A DNA stretch of 64,000 nucleotides from Dendrobates tinctorius (GCF_039654945.1 NW_027361707.1:4092001-4156000), one strand, 5' to 3'. Positions 24,345-37,062 are shown, numbered from the stretch's first letter. Numbers and translations are program-made. Notes: generated from the sequence alone by a model not told the origin.

Positions 24345-25872
24345 TCATAGAATCATAGAATCATAGAATCGTAGAGTTGGAAGGGACCTCCTGGGCCATC
24401 TGGTCCAACCCCCTGCTCAAAGCAGGATTCGCTAAATCATCCCAGTCAGATGTCTGTCCAGCCTCTGTTTGAAGACTTCCATTGAAGGAGAACTCACCAC
24501 TTCTCGTGGCAGCCTGTTCCACTCATTGATCACTCTAACTGTCAAAAAGTTTTTTCTAATATCTAATCTGTGTCTCTTCCCATTCAGTTTCATCCCATTG
24601 CTTCTAGTCTTTCCTTGTGCAAATGAGAATAAAGTTGATCCTTCTACAATGTGACAGCCCTTTAGATATTTGTAGACAGCTATTAAGTCTCCTCTCAGTC
24701 TTCTCTTTTGCAAACTAAACATTCCCAAATCCTGCAACCTTTCCTCATAAGACAGGGTTTGCAGACCGGTCACCATTCTGGTCGCTCTTTTCTGAACTTG
24801 CTCCAGTTTGTTGATGTCTTTTTTAAAATGTGGTGCCCAAAACTGGACACAATATTCCAGATGAGGTCTGACCAAAGAGGAGTAGAGGGAAATAATGACT
24901 TCACGTGATCTAGACTGTATGCTTCTGTTAATACATCCTAGAATTGCATTTGCCTTTTTTGCTGCTGCATCACACTGTTGACTCATATTCAGTCTGTGAT
25001 CTATTAGTATACCCAAGTCTTTTTCACATGTGCTGTCACTTAGCCCTATTCCTCCCATTCTATATATGCTTTTTTCATTTTTATTGCCCAGATGTAGTAC
25101 TTTGCATTTCTCCCTGTTAAAAACCATTCTGTTAGTTGCTGCCCACTTCTCCAGTTTATTTAAATCTTTTTGAATCCTCTCTCTCTCTTCTCTAGTATTA
25201 GCTATCCCTCCTAGCTTTGTGTCATCAGCAAATTTAATCAGTTTACCCTCAATTCCTTCATCTAAATCATTGATAAAGATGTTGAACAATACAGGGCCCA
25301 GGACAGAGCCCTGTGGTACCCCACTTGAGACATTCTTCCAACTGGATGTGCAGCCATTTACGACCACTCTTTGGGTCCGATCACTAAGCCAGTTATGAAT
25401 CCACCTAACAGTTGCCTTGTCCATTCCATACTTAGTCATTTTTTCAATAAGGATTGTATGAGAGACTTTGTCAAATGCTTTGCTGAAGTCAAGATATACT
25501 ATATCTACAGCATTTCCTTGATCCACCCAATCAGTGATACCGTCATAGAAGGAAATTAAGTTAGTCTGACATGACTTATTAGTTAGAAACCCATGCTGAC
25601 TGTTTAATCACTTCATTCTTATCCAGGTATTGACATACATGTTGTTTAATAATTTGTTCAAAGATCTTTCCTGGTATAGAAGTCAGACTCACCGGCCTAT
25701 AGTTGCCTGGGTCCACCTTCTTCCCCTTTTTGAAGATAGGAACAACATTTGCTCTTCTCCAGTCTTCTGGCACTTCTCCTGTTCTCCAAGAATTTTCAAA
25801 GATTATGGAGAGGGGTTCAAAAGTTTCTTCTGCTATCTCCTTCAGTACTCTGGGGTGTAATTCATCTGGACC
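24345..25872 (-). mobile_element. 5'-truncated CR1 LINE, same family as 16017-17055, inserted in the L1 5' UTR
   Basis: 364-aa RT ORF (YLDFSKAFD, GVPQGS, FADD); upstream NYRPVSLTS part is frameshifted; (ATTCTATG)n tail. Confidence 0.95.
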
Positions 25873-27611
25873 TCCTCTCAGTTTCTCTGCTGGTCGGGGG
25901 ATATTTACAGCGCCCGACACACCGGAGGCCGGGACCGCTCTCACGCAAGGATCAGAAGTCTCCCGGAGCCCAGGGGACTGCACTGCCTATATATATGCCG
26001 CGCCAGAGGGGGTCTCAAGAGCAGGATTGCACCAGGATCATAGGAGCTCCTCCATGACACGTCCTCACCGCACCATTACATCGCCACGCCCCCCACACCC
26101 ATTTTTTTTGCGTACGAGTGCTATTCTTTTTCACAGACAATACTCTAAGATTAGAAAACTAATCAAACCCGGACCAAATTCCAATTTTCTTGTACGAGAA
26201 AAATCACTGACATCTGAACGAGGCCTAAAGCCAACAGGACCGTGATCAGATCGCAATACCCACCCAAGCAGCCTGTTCTCCAGACATAGGCATGGTTAGA
26301 TGGGGGCAGGCGACCCAACGGTAGGGCCGAGTATTGCGACCCGAGAACAGATAGGCAGGTTTCACCTAACAGCAGTCGATTTCAGCAGGGCTATTTAACC
26401 ATGTAACGTCTTTGGGGCGTCCACACTTTTTCCTCATGGGAAATACAGAAGTGGCCATGTTGGATTTCCACCAAAGGTGTCTCTGGCAGCAGCCTAGTCC
26501 CTTGTAAAGTCCTCAGAACTTGATCAGTTGAGGTGTCCCAACTCATTTGTTGGAGGAGATAATGGTTGGTTCCCATAGTGGTCTGTCAGTCATGTTCTCC
26601 TCCTCTCTCCCAAGAGAAGCTCAGATTTATGGTTGAGTGGGGGAGAAATAGCTGATGGATGGACACCGGCAGCCAGCGCATGTGAATGGCCAGCTTCACC
26701 CCCAGGTGGGGGACATTTTACCAATTTGTCACTAAACATCAGCCTGAACAGGAAACAGACTGTATACACATGAGAACCGTAGAGGGGAGAGTCCATAATT
26801 GTTATACAAAGGTATACCCACAGGAACATGAAGCTAGGATGGAGTGGCGAGATGTGCGGCTGTCATCCTTAACGAGGGGCATAGCGAAAGACCATGCAAT
26901 GGAGTTTAGGACGTATAACAGGATGTGGTGGAAAATGAGGACAGGACCCTGAGGACATTGCTTCCAAACATTACACAGCTCACAGATACCATCATGGTCT
27001 TATGATAGGAGCCACCGGGGTAACAAGTCCATCCATGTCATTTCTTCCTCTGGAATATCACCTGTGAGTGATATTAAGTGGAAGGAACCGCAGCCACAAA
27101 GTGGAGACCCCATAATGTTACAGAACGGGGGTCACTGAGTGCTGAGGAGCAGAAAAGTCACTAACGCTCTGCTGACTCCATAACAAAGAATAAACTCAGA
27201 AGTAAAACATATTACTACACATGCAAATAATATGAGGTAACTTAATACCAAGTCAACTATGGGGGAAGAAGTCTCCTACTGTAAGTGCATGTGTGCTGCA
27301 GACTAAATGGCGACCCATTGGCGAAATCACAAGAAATCAAAAAGCAAACAAACTGAGAACCAGGTTATTAGTGCTGGTGGAAAATAAACTTTGATAAAGT
27401 ATTTGGAATGTGTAGTATGCCTGTGAAGCAGTCATTGAAGATTTGCCACATGGAAGTTCCCACCCTGACGCGCGTTTCAAAGTCTGCGTTCATCAGTGAG
27501 GATCAATATGATCAACTTACCATCCTTTTACACTCTGGCAACTACAGTATATGTTTTTACAGACGTCTATGCACTATATTTTCACAATATGATACTTGTG
27601 AAAACTAATTA

Positions 27612-28494
27612 GGCTATGTGCACACGTAGCAGAAAATTTCTGCTTAAAAACCGGACTCCCTTCCCAGAAACCGCAGATTTCTGTGCAAAAAACAGTTTTA
27701 TGCGTTTTTCCATGTGGTTCCTGACACAGAATTAGTCAGAAATGCTGAAAAATCCGCAAAATTAATGAGCATGCTGCGTTTACCACGAAGCGTTTTTTTT
27801 TTGCGGTAAAAGACACAATGTGCACAAAAATTGCAAAATGAATGGGAAGCTTATTTTTAAGCAAATTTTTTGGCAAATCCGCTAAAAAAGAAAAAACGCT
27901 ATGTGCACACAGCCTTATACCTGTGCACTGCTACTTTGTGCTGTATTAGGTCAATCACAGCTGTACCTGGTTATTTTCATATCTTTCTGTATTTTATTTT
28001 ATACACTGATGTGTATTTTTCTGACCTATAATTTTGACGTCTATCTGCAGTTGTATAAGTCGCAACTATTCAGTGACATTTCTACTTGCATAGATCCAGC
28101 TATCAGATTTGTCACTTGACAGTTCCCATTTTTTATCTGGTCATTTTTCCCACGTTGTAAGGCTGAGTGCACACGTACTTTTTTTGCCCTGCGGATTGTT
28201 CCGCGCAGAATTGAAGAAATCCGCAGGTCAAATGACCTGCATTTTTCCTGTGGATTTCTTCCTGTTTTTTTGCGGTTCTCCCCCTGCGGATTTGGAGAAT
28301 GGAGCAGGTGGAAAACCACACAAGAGTAGTGACATGCTGCATATTTTGAACCACAAGAAAACCAGGTGGAAAAAGCCACAGCATCTGCACAGCACTTTTT
28401 TTTCTATTAACATGCTACTGTACATCACAATGCGGATATGCAGCGTTTCTGTGCGGTAAAATCCGCTGGAAATCTGCATCGTGTGCACATGGCC
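27612..28494. mobile_element. Two Harbinger-type MITEs (27612-27914; 28161-28494)
   Basis: GGCT..GTGCACAC TIRs with TTA/TTA and TAA/TAA flanks. Confidence 0.75.
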
Positions 28495-28920
28495 TAATAC
28501 CAAGAAAATTTGGTGTTTTTCACCCAGCACTATTGACCTGGTTGTCTATTTCTCTTTGTGATTTTTTTTTTTTTCCTGACTCCATAACTGGAGTCCAGCC
28601 CTCCTCTGGAATAACTTCAGCACAAACTACACCCCCTGCCTGGAGCTTCATGGCAGAACCGCTGCAGGCTGCCTTACAACACCAAGCACGATCCCGAGTC
28701 AGGAAAGAGTGGTGTAAAGCTGCCACCACTGCAATCCAGAGGAAACGTGTTCTGTGCATGACAGATCACACGTCTGTATCTGGCATCTGATGGGAGAGTC
28801 TCAGTTTGGTGAATGCCAGAACGTTACCCTCCTGACTGTAATGTACAGTTGGGTGGAGGGATAGCACTATGGGTTTTTTCAGGGTTCGGCCTCTTCGTGT
28901 CAGTGAATTAACATCTTAAC

Positions 28921-29207
28921 TAGTGATGATTTTCCCTGAGCATGCTCGGGTGGTCCGAGTATTTGGAAGTGCTCGGAGATTTAGCTTCTATCGCCACAGC
29001 TGTATGATTTGTGGCTACTTGACAGCCTGAGTACATGTGGGAATTCTTTAAGAAACAGGCAATCCCCACATGTAGTCAGGCTGTCTAGCAGCCACAAGTC
29101 ATGCAACTGTGGTGACAAACCAAGTTTCCTAGCACTTCCAGATACTCGGAGACCACCCATGCATGCTCAGGGAAAACCCGAGTAATGAGCACACTTGTTC
29201 ATCACTA
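28921..29207. mobile_element. hAT-type palindromic MITE inserted in a degraded Tc1 fragment (~28560-29330)
   Basis: TAGTGATGA...TCATCACTA; 8-bp TSD ATCTTAAC (28913-28920, 29208-29215). Confidence 0.85.
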
Positions 29208-29473
29208 ATCTTAACCCTTCAAACATTAAGGACAATTTTAGAGTGGAGCTTTGTTAAAGGCCCTTTTATGTTCCATGACTGTATTCTGAGCACGAGCTCC
29301 ATACAGGCATGGCAGGAGAGTCTGGTAAGAGAGCATGGACCTCATCCACCACTTGATATTATAACTTTAGATTTTTGTACCCCCTGACCCCCCCTAGACT
29401 TCAATGGGCGAGTTGTACAAATTTTCCCTTGAAAGTCAGATGCATGCTGAGATTTGTTTTTCACATGCAGATT

Positions 29474-29508
<35 letters not shown>

Positions 29509-29535
29509 CACCACACAATAATGTACAGAAATCAA

Positions 29536-29541
29536 TTTATT
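29536..29541 (-). terminator. Candidate TMEM129 polyadenylation signal AATAAA (~1.2-kb 3' UTR)
   Basis: TTTATT on the plus strand, followed on the minus strand by GU/U-rich sequence. Confidence 0.5.
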
Positions 29542-30428
29542 AAAACAATGTAATAAAACCTTCAGTGACACATTCGATCAGTAACGCTCGATCACACCCT
29601 GAATACAGAATTTGTGTCACCCTGATATACAGCTTTGCTGCATAAAACATTATAAACCCCATCTGCTACCTGTGGCCCTCCATCTGTTGTGAAACTGCAG
29701 GTCCCAGCATGCCATGTAAGCGGTACAATATTACTGGGACTTGTAGTTCCTTAACAACCAGGAAAGCCCCAGTTGGCGATAAATGTAAAATCATTGGAGG
29801 AAATACTTCATACAGAAACAAGAAGTGAAATGTAGGAGAGAAAGGACGCCCTCCCTGCAGCAGCGGCGAAGTGTCGCACCAACGTGTCTCCCCCGAACAT
29901 CAGGGCTAACGAGTATGGGCCTTCACATCCGTATAATAGAGATTAAAAGGCTTGAGAACTGCTTGTGTTAACAGCGCCCCCAACAGGAGGGGCCTTCGTC
30001 CCAAATACTAAAAAAGTGACTGATGCTTTACGTAAGGTTAGGACCCACTTTTTTGGTCCAAGTTCAGTGTGTACGCCACACAAAACGCGTCCAAGAGGAC
30101 TGTAATGGAAGAAAGCAGATCGCAACAAAGTTAAAAAAAATAAAATATATAATATATATATATATATATTTCGTTGATTTGATACATTAAAAAAAATAAA
30201 AAAATAAGATGAGCCTTCTTATACTCTGTGGCTAAAGCACTGCCTCTCTGCTACTGCCCCTGGCCATTGCCAACATGGCTGCGCTGGCGTTTTCAGCTAA
30301 TTGTTAGGCTTCGTGATCTACTGCGGTCTATGTCGCCAGAGCTGCTGAGCCCAGCGATCATCAGCAGCAGTCAAACTGTGCCGTGTCATAACGATGACGT
30401 ATAGAATTTTACACTTGACTTTGGGTGG

Positions 30429-30462
<34 letters not shown>

Positions 30463-30733
30463 ATTAAAAGTGCCTATAACATACTGATAATGCCACCCTG
30501 ATTGCGATCGGAGCAGTCGCACACTGATACAAGATAGTGGCGACAGCGGCACTACGAGTCCGAACAGAACCATTTGCATTATGCTCCTTCAACAGACCGC
30601 ATGTCCAGGCAGCAGACCCGACTGAATGACGACCCAGGGGTCTGCTCAGGATTCCTCCTCTGCTACATTTCCATAGAAAGAACACTGGATTGTGCAAAAA
30701 AAAGTTCAAGATACAAAACCGTAGAGAGCGCGG

Positions 30734-30982
30734 TCATCGTATAAGGCAGACATCCACGATACAGAATTTGGCACGGCAGGTGGGGCAGGGCACTTGGCTG
30801 GACAGCCAGGTCTCTGGATGCTGCTGGTCCTGGCGACTTGCGAACCACTTGCCCATGCAGGTTAGGCACCACATGGGCCGGCAGTAACATTGCCGACACT
30901 CTCCTTGGTTGGCCTCGTGGCAATATTTCACCAGCTTGATGTTGGCAATAGTTTGCATGCAGCCAATGCAGGGCTCCAGCTC
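30734..30982 (-). CDS. TMEM129: TMEM129 exon 4 (C4C4 RING domain, stop codon)
   Basis: ELEPCIGCMQ..CRQCYCRPMWCLTCMGKWFASRQD..CPTCRAKFCIVDVC; acceptor TTTCAG; phase 0. Confidence 0.97.
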   Translation of the reverse strand, partial: ELEPCIGCMQTIANIKLVKYCHEANQGECRQCYCRPMWCLTCMGKWFASRQDQQHPETWLSSQVPCPTCRAKFCIVDVCLIR

Positions 30983-31813
30983 CTGAAACAAGAGGAAACA
31001 GGTCCTATATTAAAGACATGACTGAGATCTGGCCCTAGAAAGGCTAAATGACAACCAACATGGCCGCCATTATAGCCCTCAGATGGTAGTGGCCAGGCCA
31101 GCACACCATGTTTGTGCCATGTCTATAACAAGCAGCAATGTATTACCCATGAATCTCTCGAAGACCCCCTAGAAAACCCAACCAAATATTCACAAAGGCT
31201 GCCGGCAGCCACTACTATGGCATCTCGCTTCCATTTACATGCTACCAACACAAAAGCAGCATTTCAATGGTTCTGGTGGGGGCTTATCGACTTTACTAGA
31301 ATTAAAGAGATCATCTATTACTTTTGCATTGATGCCCTATCCTTAGGACAGAGCATCAATGTCTGATTGACCAGGGTCCGGCACCCCAGAAGTACTTACT
31401 TGGACAAACTTTAACATTTTTTTCCAGTTACTGCACCTCCCCTAAAACCATTGTATGTACTAATAAAAACTTCAGCTCACCATGCAACAAACCCTCATAC
31501 GTTGGGGGGGGGGGGGAAATAAAGTTACAGGGCTACTCCCTCCTCCAAGATCCTATCCAAATATCTAGAGTAATATTAGCAAATGCCTCCAGTTAAAAAT
31601 ATAGTATAGTTTTTCCGATTCACCATGTCACTTACCCCATGTGCATGGCATTGCGGTAGCTTAGGCGTCCATGGTTACGACAACCAATAGTTGGTAGCGG
31701 TTGTAATCATGGATACCCAAGATACTGCAATACCCTGCACTTGGGGTAAGCAACATAGGATATCAGAAGAGCTATAGTATAATTTTAACTGGAGGCATGT
31801 GAATAATATATAT

Positions 31814-31873
<60 letters not shown>

Positions 31874-31878
<5 letters not shown>

Positions 31879-33447
31879 GGGCAAAAAAGTATTTAGTCAG
31901 TCAGCATTAGTGCAAGTTCCACCACTTAAAAAGATGAGAGGCGTCTGTAATTTACATCATAGGTAGACCTCAACTATGGGAGACAAACTGAGAAAGAAAA
32001 ATCCAGAAAATCACATTGTCTTTTTCATTTTATTTGCATATTATGGTGGAAAATAAGTATTTGGTCAGAAACAAGATTTCTTGCTCTCACAGACCTGTAA
32101 CTTCTTCTTTAAGAGTCTCCTCTTTCCTCCACTCATTACCTGTAGTAATGGCACCTGTTTAAACTTGTTATCAGTATAAAAAGACAACGGTGCACACCCT
32201 CAAACAGTCTGACTCCAAACTCCACTATGGTGAAGACCAAAGAGCTGTAAAGGACACCAGAAACAAAATTGTAGCCCTGCACCAGGCTGGGAAGACTGAA
32301 TCTGCAATAGCCAACCAGCTTGGAGTGAAGAAAATCAACTGTGGGCACAATAATTAGAAAATGGAAGACATACAAGACCACTGATAATCTCCCTCGATCT
32401 GGTGCTCCATGCAAAATCCCACCCCGTGGGGGTCAGAATGATCACAAGAACGGTGAGCAAAAATCCCAGAACCACGTGGGGGGACCTAGTGAATGAACTG
32501 CAGAAAGCTGGGACCAGTGTAACAAGGCATACCATAAGTAACACACTACGCCACCATGGACTCAGATCCTGCAGTGCCAGACGTGTCCCACTGCTTAAGC
32601 CTGTACATGTCCAGGCCCGTCTGAAGTTTGCTAGAGAGCATTTGGATGATCCAGAGGAGTTTTGGGAGAATGTCCTATGGTCTGATGAAACCAAACTGGA
32701 ACTGTTTGGTAGAAACACAACTTGTCGTGTTTGGAGGAAAAAGAATACTGAGTTGCATCCATCAAACACCATACCTACTGTAAAGCATGGTGGTGGAAAC
32801 ATCATGCTTTGGGGCTGTTTCTCTGCAAAGGGGCCAGGACGACTGATCCGGGTACATGAAAGAATGAATGGGGCCATGTATCGTGAGATTTTGAGTGCAA
32901 ACCTCCTTCCATCAGCAAGGGCATTGAAGATTAAACGTGGCTGGGTCTTTCAACATGACAATGATCCAAAGCACACCGCCAGGGCAACGAAGGAGTGGCT
33001 TCGTAAGAAGCATTTCAAGGTCCTGGAGTGGCCTAGCCAGTCTCCAGATCTCAACCCTATAGAAAACCTTTGGAGGGAGTTGAAAGTCCGTGTTGCCAAG
33101 CGAAAAGCCAAAAACATCACTGCTCTAGAGGAGATCTGCATGGAGGAATGGGCCAACATACCAACAACAGTGTGTGGCAACCTTGTGAAGACTTACAGAA
33201 AACGTTTGACCTCTGTCATTGCCAACAAAGGATATATCACAAAGTATTGAGATGAAATTTTGTTTCTGACCAAATACTTATTTTCCACCATAATATGCAA
33301 ATAAAACAGACAGTGATTTTCTGGATTTTTTTTCTCAGTTTGTCTCCCATAGTTGAGGTCTACCTATGATGTAAATTACAGACGCCTCTCATCTTTTTAA
33401 GTGGTGGAACTTGCACTATTGCTGACTGACTAAATACTTTTTTGATA

Positions 33448-33487
<40 letters not shown>

Positions 33488-33504
33488 TTTTTTTCACCCC
33501 AGTG
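31874..33504 (+). mobile_element. Tc1-family transposon in TMEM129 intron 3
   Basis: ~200-bp ITRs CACTGGGGCAAAAAAGTATTTAGTCAG; transposase N-terminus disrupted; catalytic part open at 32402-33250 ([22 protein letters not shown]). Confidence 0.95.
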
Positions 33505-33872
33505 TGGTCTGGAGAGGCCTCAATAATAGATTGCCTTTACCAAAAATTCAGGTCTTATTGAAGGATATAGGATTTCTTGGCCAAATCCAGGCAACTCTCT
33601 GGGGGGGGGGGGGTCACGTGTGTGTGGAAAGACATTGTAGGGGACTCAGCACTTAACCAGCGAGGCAAGCCTTTAAAATTTAAGAATCTGTGAGGATCCT
33701 GGAGGTCAGGTTCCACCATTCATGAAGTGATCAGGAATAGCAGATGACAAGGTATGGACCTAGGAGAAGGGGCAGACACGTGACTTCACACCCAGCTTGT
33801 CCACCTCCGACACTAGATCCTGTGGTAATGGACATCAGCCACCCCCCCCCCCCCCCCCCTTCCAGGAATTAC

Positions 33873-34032
33873 CCGGTTGCTCCGCAGCTCGTACACATGA
33901 TTGGCTTCCACCAGAGTGCGGAACGTATCCAAGAACATGTCGCTCAGCGTCTGATGTATCACCACGTTGGCTGCGTTCCGTATTGGGGCACGAAGCTTCT
34001 CCTTCAGGTCGCCGTATTCTGTTGAGTTCAAT
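33873..34032 (-). CDS. TMEM129: TMEM129 exon 3
   Basis: LNSTEYGDLKEKLRAPIRNAANVVIHQTLSDMFLDTF; CAG/GTAATT boundaries; 160 nt keeps the frame. Confidence 0.95.
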
Positions 34033-34334
34033 CTGCATAAATATAAACAAGGAAGAGATGACAGATCCCTCTATTCTCTGCCGTGCCCCACAGACCTTAA
34101 AAGTCACCGATCCTAAGTGTCCACATGGAGTCGCCAGAAACTCAGCTGGCAAGTCACCCGTTACCACTGACTAGAAGAGTCCCATACAACCTAAAAGAAA
34201 GCCAGCAAAACCCACACCGATTTACATGGGGGTCCGCTGACCACGTACCATGCATCACCTCTGAGAGACACCGAGTGATGATGTAACCGCCAGGTGCTAC
34301 CACCACAGACTTGTATTAGAAGCACATGTGCTAC

Positions 34335-34809
34335 CTGATGTTGAAAGACTCCACATTGGGGTTAACGCTGGCGACCAGTATGGTTATAAACTGCACAGGA
34401 GTGTTGGAGTCCGGGGACATTTCGTGGTGCCTGGACTCGGTTACAGTGAGATGAATGTCTTGCTGGTGAGCCACATACACCTTGTAGGTGGTGACCTTCA
34501 TCACCCAGGAGTCTGTGACGATAATCCGGGCCCCAGGAGCCCCTGTTGCAAACTTGTCTATGCTCCGGAACTCCCTGTTGATGGAGGAGGCCACGACCGT
34601 CCAGTCAGACTGAGGCAGCGCATGGTGAGACAGGACCAGCGCCAAAGGGTGATTACTCCACTTCTTCCAAGACCAGTAGTGGATGAGGCAGCCGGTGGTG
34701 GCCGGGAGGACGAACACAAACAGAGCAAAGACCCTCCAACCTTCACTGGCAGAGTCAAAGTAATACAGCTGCTTCTCCGGGGCCGCCAGGCACATCCCTA
34801 TATAATAAC
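34335..34809 (-). CDS. TMEM129: TMEM129 exon 2
   Basis: YYIGMCLAAPEK..DKFATGAPGARIIVTDSWVMKVTTY..FNIR; 475 nt; CAG/GTAG boundaries. Confidence 0.97.
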
Positions 34810-35039
34810 CTGGGAGCAAGAAGAGGAAGGAGTCACAACCCTTACTGCTACAGCACCAACGAGGGGCACACAAGCGATACAGGGAGGAAGGAGGTACAGG
34901 CAGCAGTGAAGATGCAAATGGCGCAGGGGACACAGAGGGGGGAAGCAGGAGGTAGAAGAGATGCATGAGGCAGCACAGGACATGCAGGCGGTGCAATGGG
35001 GGTGGGGCATAGGGGATGAAGGCCAGAGCAGATGCCGGC

Positions 35040-35680
35040 ACCGGAGGAGGACATGCGGGGGTGGCAATTGGCAATGCAGACAGCGGAGGAGGACATGCGG
35101 GGGGCGGCGGCACGGGGGGGGGGGGGAATGCAGACAGCGGAGGAAGACATGCGGGGGCAGCACAGGGGGGGGGGGATGCAGACAGCGGAGGAGGACATGC
35201 GGGGGGCGGCGGCACGAATGCAGACAGCGGAGGAGGACATGCGGGGGGCGGCGGCACGAATGCAGACAGCGGAGGAAGACATGCGGGGGCAGCACAGGGG
35301 GGGGGATGCAGACAGCAGAGGACATGCGGGGGCAGCACAGGGGGGGGGGGCCATAGACAGCAGAGGAGGACATGCGGGGGCAGCACAGGGGGGGGGGGCC
35401 ACAGACAGCAGAGGAGGACATGCGGGGGCAGCACAGGGGGGGGGGGACACAGACAGCAGAGGAGGACATGCGGGGGCAGCACAGGGGGGGGGGGGACACA
35501 GACAGCAGAGGAGGACATGCGGGGGCAGCACAGGGGGGGGGACACAGACAGCAGAGGAGGACATGCGGGGGCAGCACAGGGGGGGGGGATGCAGACAGCA
35601 GAGGACATGCGGGGGCAGCACAGGGGGGGGGGATGCAGACAGCAGAGGACATGCGGGGGCAGCACAGGGGGAGGACATGC
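35040..35680. repeat. GC-rich ~50-bp minisatellite with G-tracts in TMEM129 intron 1
   Basis: GCAGACAGCAGAGGAGGACATGCGGGGGCAGCACAG(G)n units. Confidence 0.9.
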
Positions 35681-35697
35681 AGCAGGCAGCCACTCAC

Positions 35698-35902
35698 CCA
35701 GGGGCAGCAGGGAGTGCACCATAAGCGTGGCCGCGGTTCTCCGCACATGGTACTGAATGAAGGCCATGTCCTCAATCCCCAGCCAGCCGGACAGCAGGTT
35801 CTGCACGGTGATCCCGGCCGAGCGGAACTCATTGGGGGTGAACACGAAGCACACGGAGAACACCACGTAAGCCAACGTGAAGGTGACGGCCGGGCTCTCC
35901 AT
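35698..35902 (-). CDS. TMEM129: TMEM129 exon 1 (spliced CDS is 362 aa)
   Basis: MESPAVTFTLAYVVFSVCFVFTPNEF..HSLLPLG|GTGAGT; exon lengths 205+475+160+249 = 1089 nt. Confidence 0.97.
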
Positions 35903-35964
35903 CACAGTGCGGAGCAGGGGGAAGTCTGTAACCATCGTACACTGCGGGGAAAACACCACAAAAA

Positions 35965-36040
35965 CAGCGCACACTTCCGGTACAGCAGGGCATGCCGGGG
36001 ATTGTAGTTATAAAGCGGTTCTCAGAGTCACGTGACGGGA
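35965..36040 (-). promoter_or_regulatory. TMEM129 proximal promoter
   Basis: ETS CCGGAAGTG, ZNF143-type ACTACAATCCCCGGCATGC, palindromic E-box GTCACGTGAC. Confidence 0.65.
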
Positions 36041-36687
36041 ACCAGCTGTGATACATCCATCCTGTCATGGAGTCACCGTCCCGCTCCACTGTAACGGAGC
36101 TGCAGCTGTGCACAGCTGAGAAATGGTCAGATCTCAGCTTCTGGCCCTCTGGGGTCCAGCGCTGCACACTGGGCCTGTTCCCCACTATAAGATCAGGGTG
36201 GGAAGAACCTGACCCAGAAAACACAAAATACAGAAATAAAGTTAGAAGTCGCTTCTTTCCCCAAATACCAGTGACCCCGTCACCCGCTGGAGAAGCCGCC
36301 ATTGATCTTCGTCTTCATTTATTTTCTTCCTCCGGCGGTGTCACTATGAGGGTTGGTTTTTCGCAGAACGATTCATCATAGCAAATAACGTAGAGGAAAA
36401 CGGGAGCAAAACGCTCCAAACGAAATGGCGGCTCAGCCGTCCGCCCATCGCGCGGTTTCTGGCTTCTTATGCCCCGCGCTGTGTGATATTCTGAGTGAGC
36501 AGCTATCTCGGTGACCGGATCCCCACTGTGGCGTCATGTCCTAACAGTGGATGTAGGAGAACCTCCGCAGAGGACCGCGCTGTTACTGAGAATAATCTCT
36601 ATATAAAGACCAATATTGATATTACCGCCATATGGTCAGTGGTAAATACCAGTCCTACAGAATATATAAGAGATCACAGCACAGTAA

Positions 36688-37062
36688 AGGCCCCGTTACA
36701 CATAACGATGTTCCAGCGACCCCACCAACGATCCGACATGATGGGATCGCTGGGAAATAGCTGATCGCTGGTGATCGCTGGTCACATAGACAGCCCCTCC
36801 AGCGACCAGCACCAGCGAGCAAGCTGGTATCCAAGGTAAACAGCAGGTATCCAGGAGCTGCGCGGCGCTTAGATACCCGCTGTTTACATTGGAAACCAGC
36901 GTCGCTGATCGCTGGTCTCTCACTGCCACACGCAGCGATGCGCGGGAGACCAGCGATCAAAAAACGGCCCAGGACGATCCAGCACGATCAGCGATAACCG
37001 GCAGGGGGGCCGGTCACTGATCCCCATCACACACAGCGAGATCACTGTGTGTGACGGGGCCT
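36688..37062. mobile_element. Harbinger-type MITE
   Basis: AGGCCCCGTTACAC...GTGTGACGGGGCCT with TAA/TTA flanks. Confidence 0.75.

Larger units (their letters stand above)
19450..26095 (-). mobile_element. Decayed end-to-end L1-clade LINE (ORF1, endonuclease, C-terminal zinc knuckle; RT deleted) carrying MITE and CR1 insertions
   Basis: Poly(A) tail (T-run at 19450); ORF1 22808-23341 (DDLENRLRRNNIRIIGLPE, ERAHR, IFPDFS); EN at 22532 (MTWNVR..ETHL..SDHSP); CLRC..HMVWGC knuckle; GC-rich 5' end at ~26095. Confidence 0.85.

Noticed and set aside
29690-29752. Paired ZNF143-like motifs in the TMEM129 3' UTR
   Set aside because: The inverted arrangement fits a decayed palindromic MITE, and there is no promoter context
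32402-33250. Domesticated or active transposase
   Set aside because: The N-terminal DNA-binding region has a stop and frameshifts; an ordinary Tc1 copy
34331-35974. 547-aa ORF as a single-exon gene
   Set aside because: Canonical splice sites give the conserved 362-aa TMEM129; the read-through is reported only as a possible retention isoform
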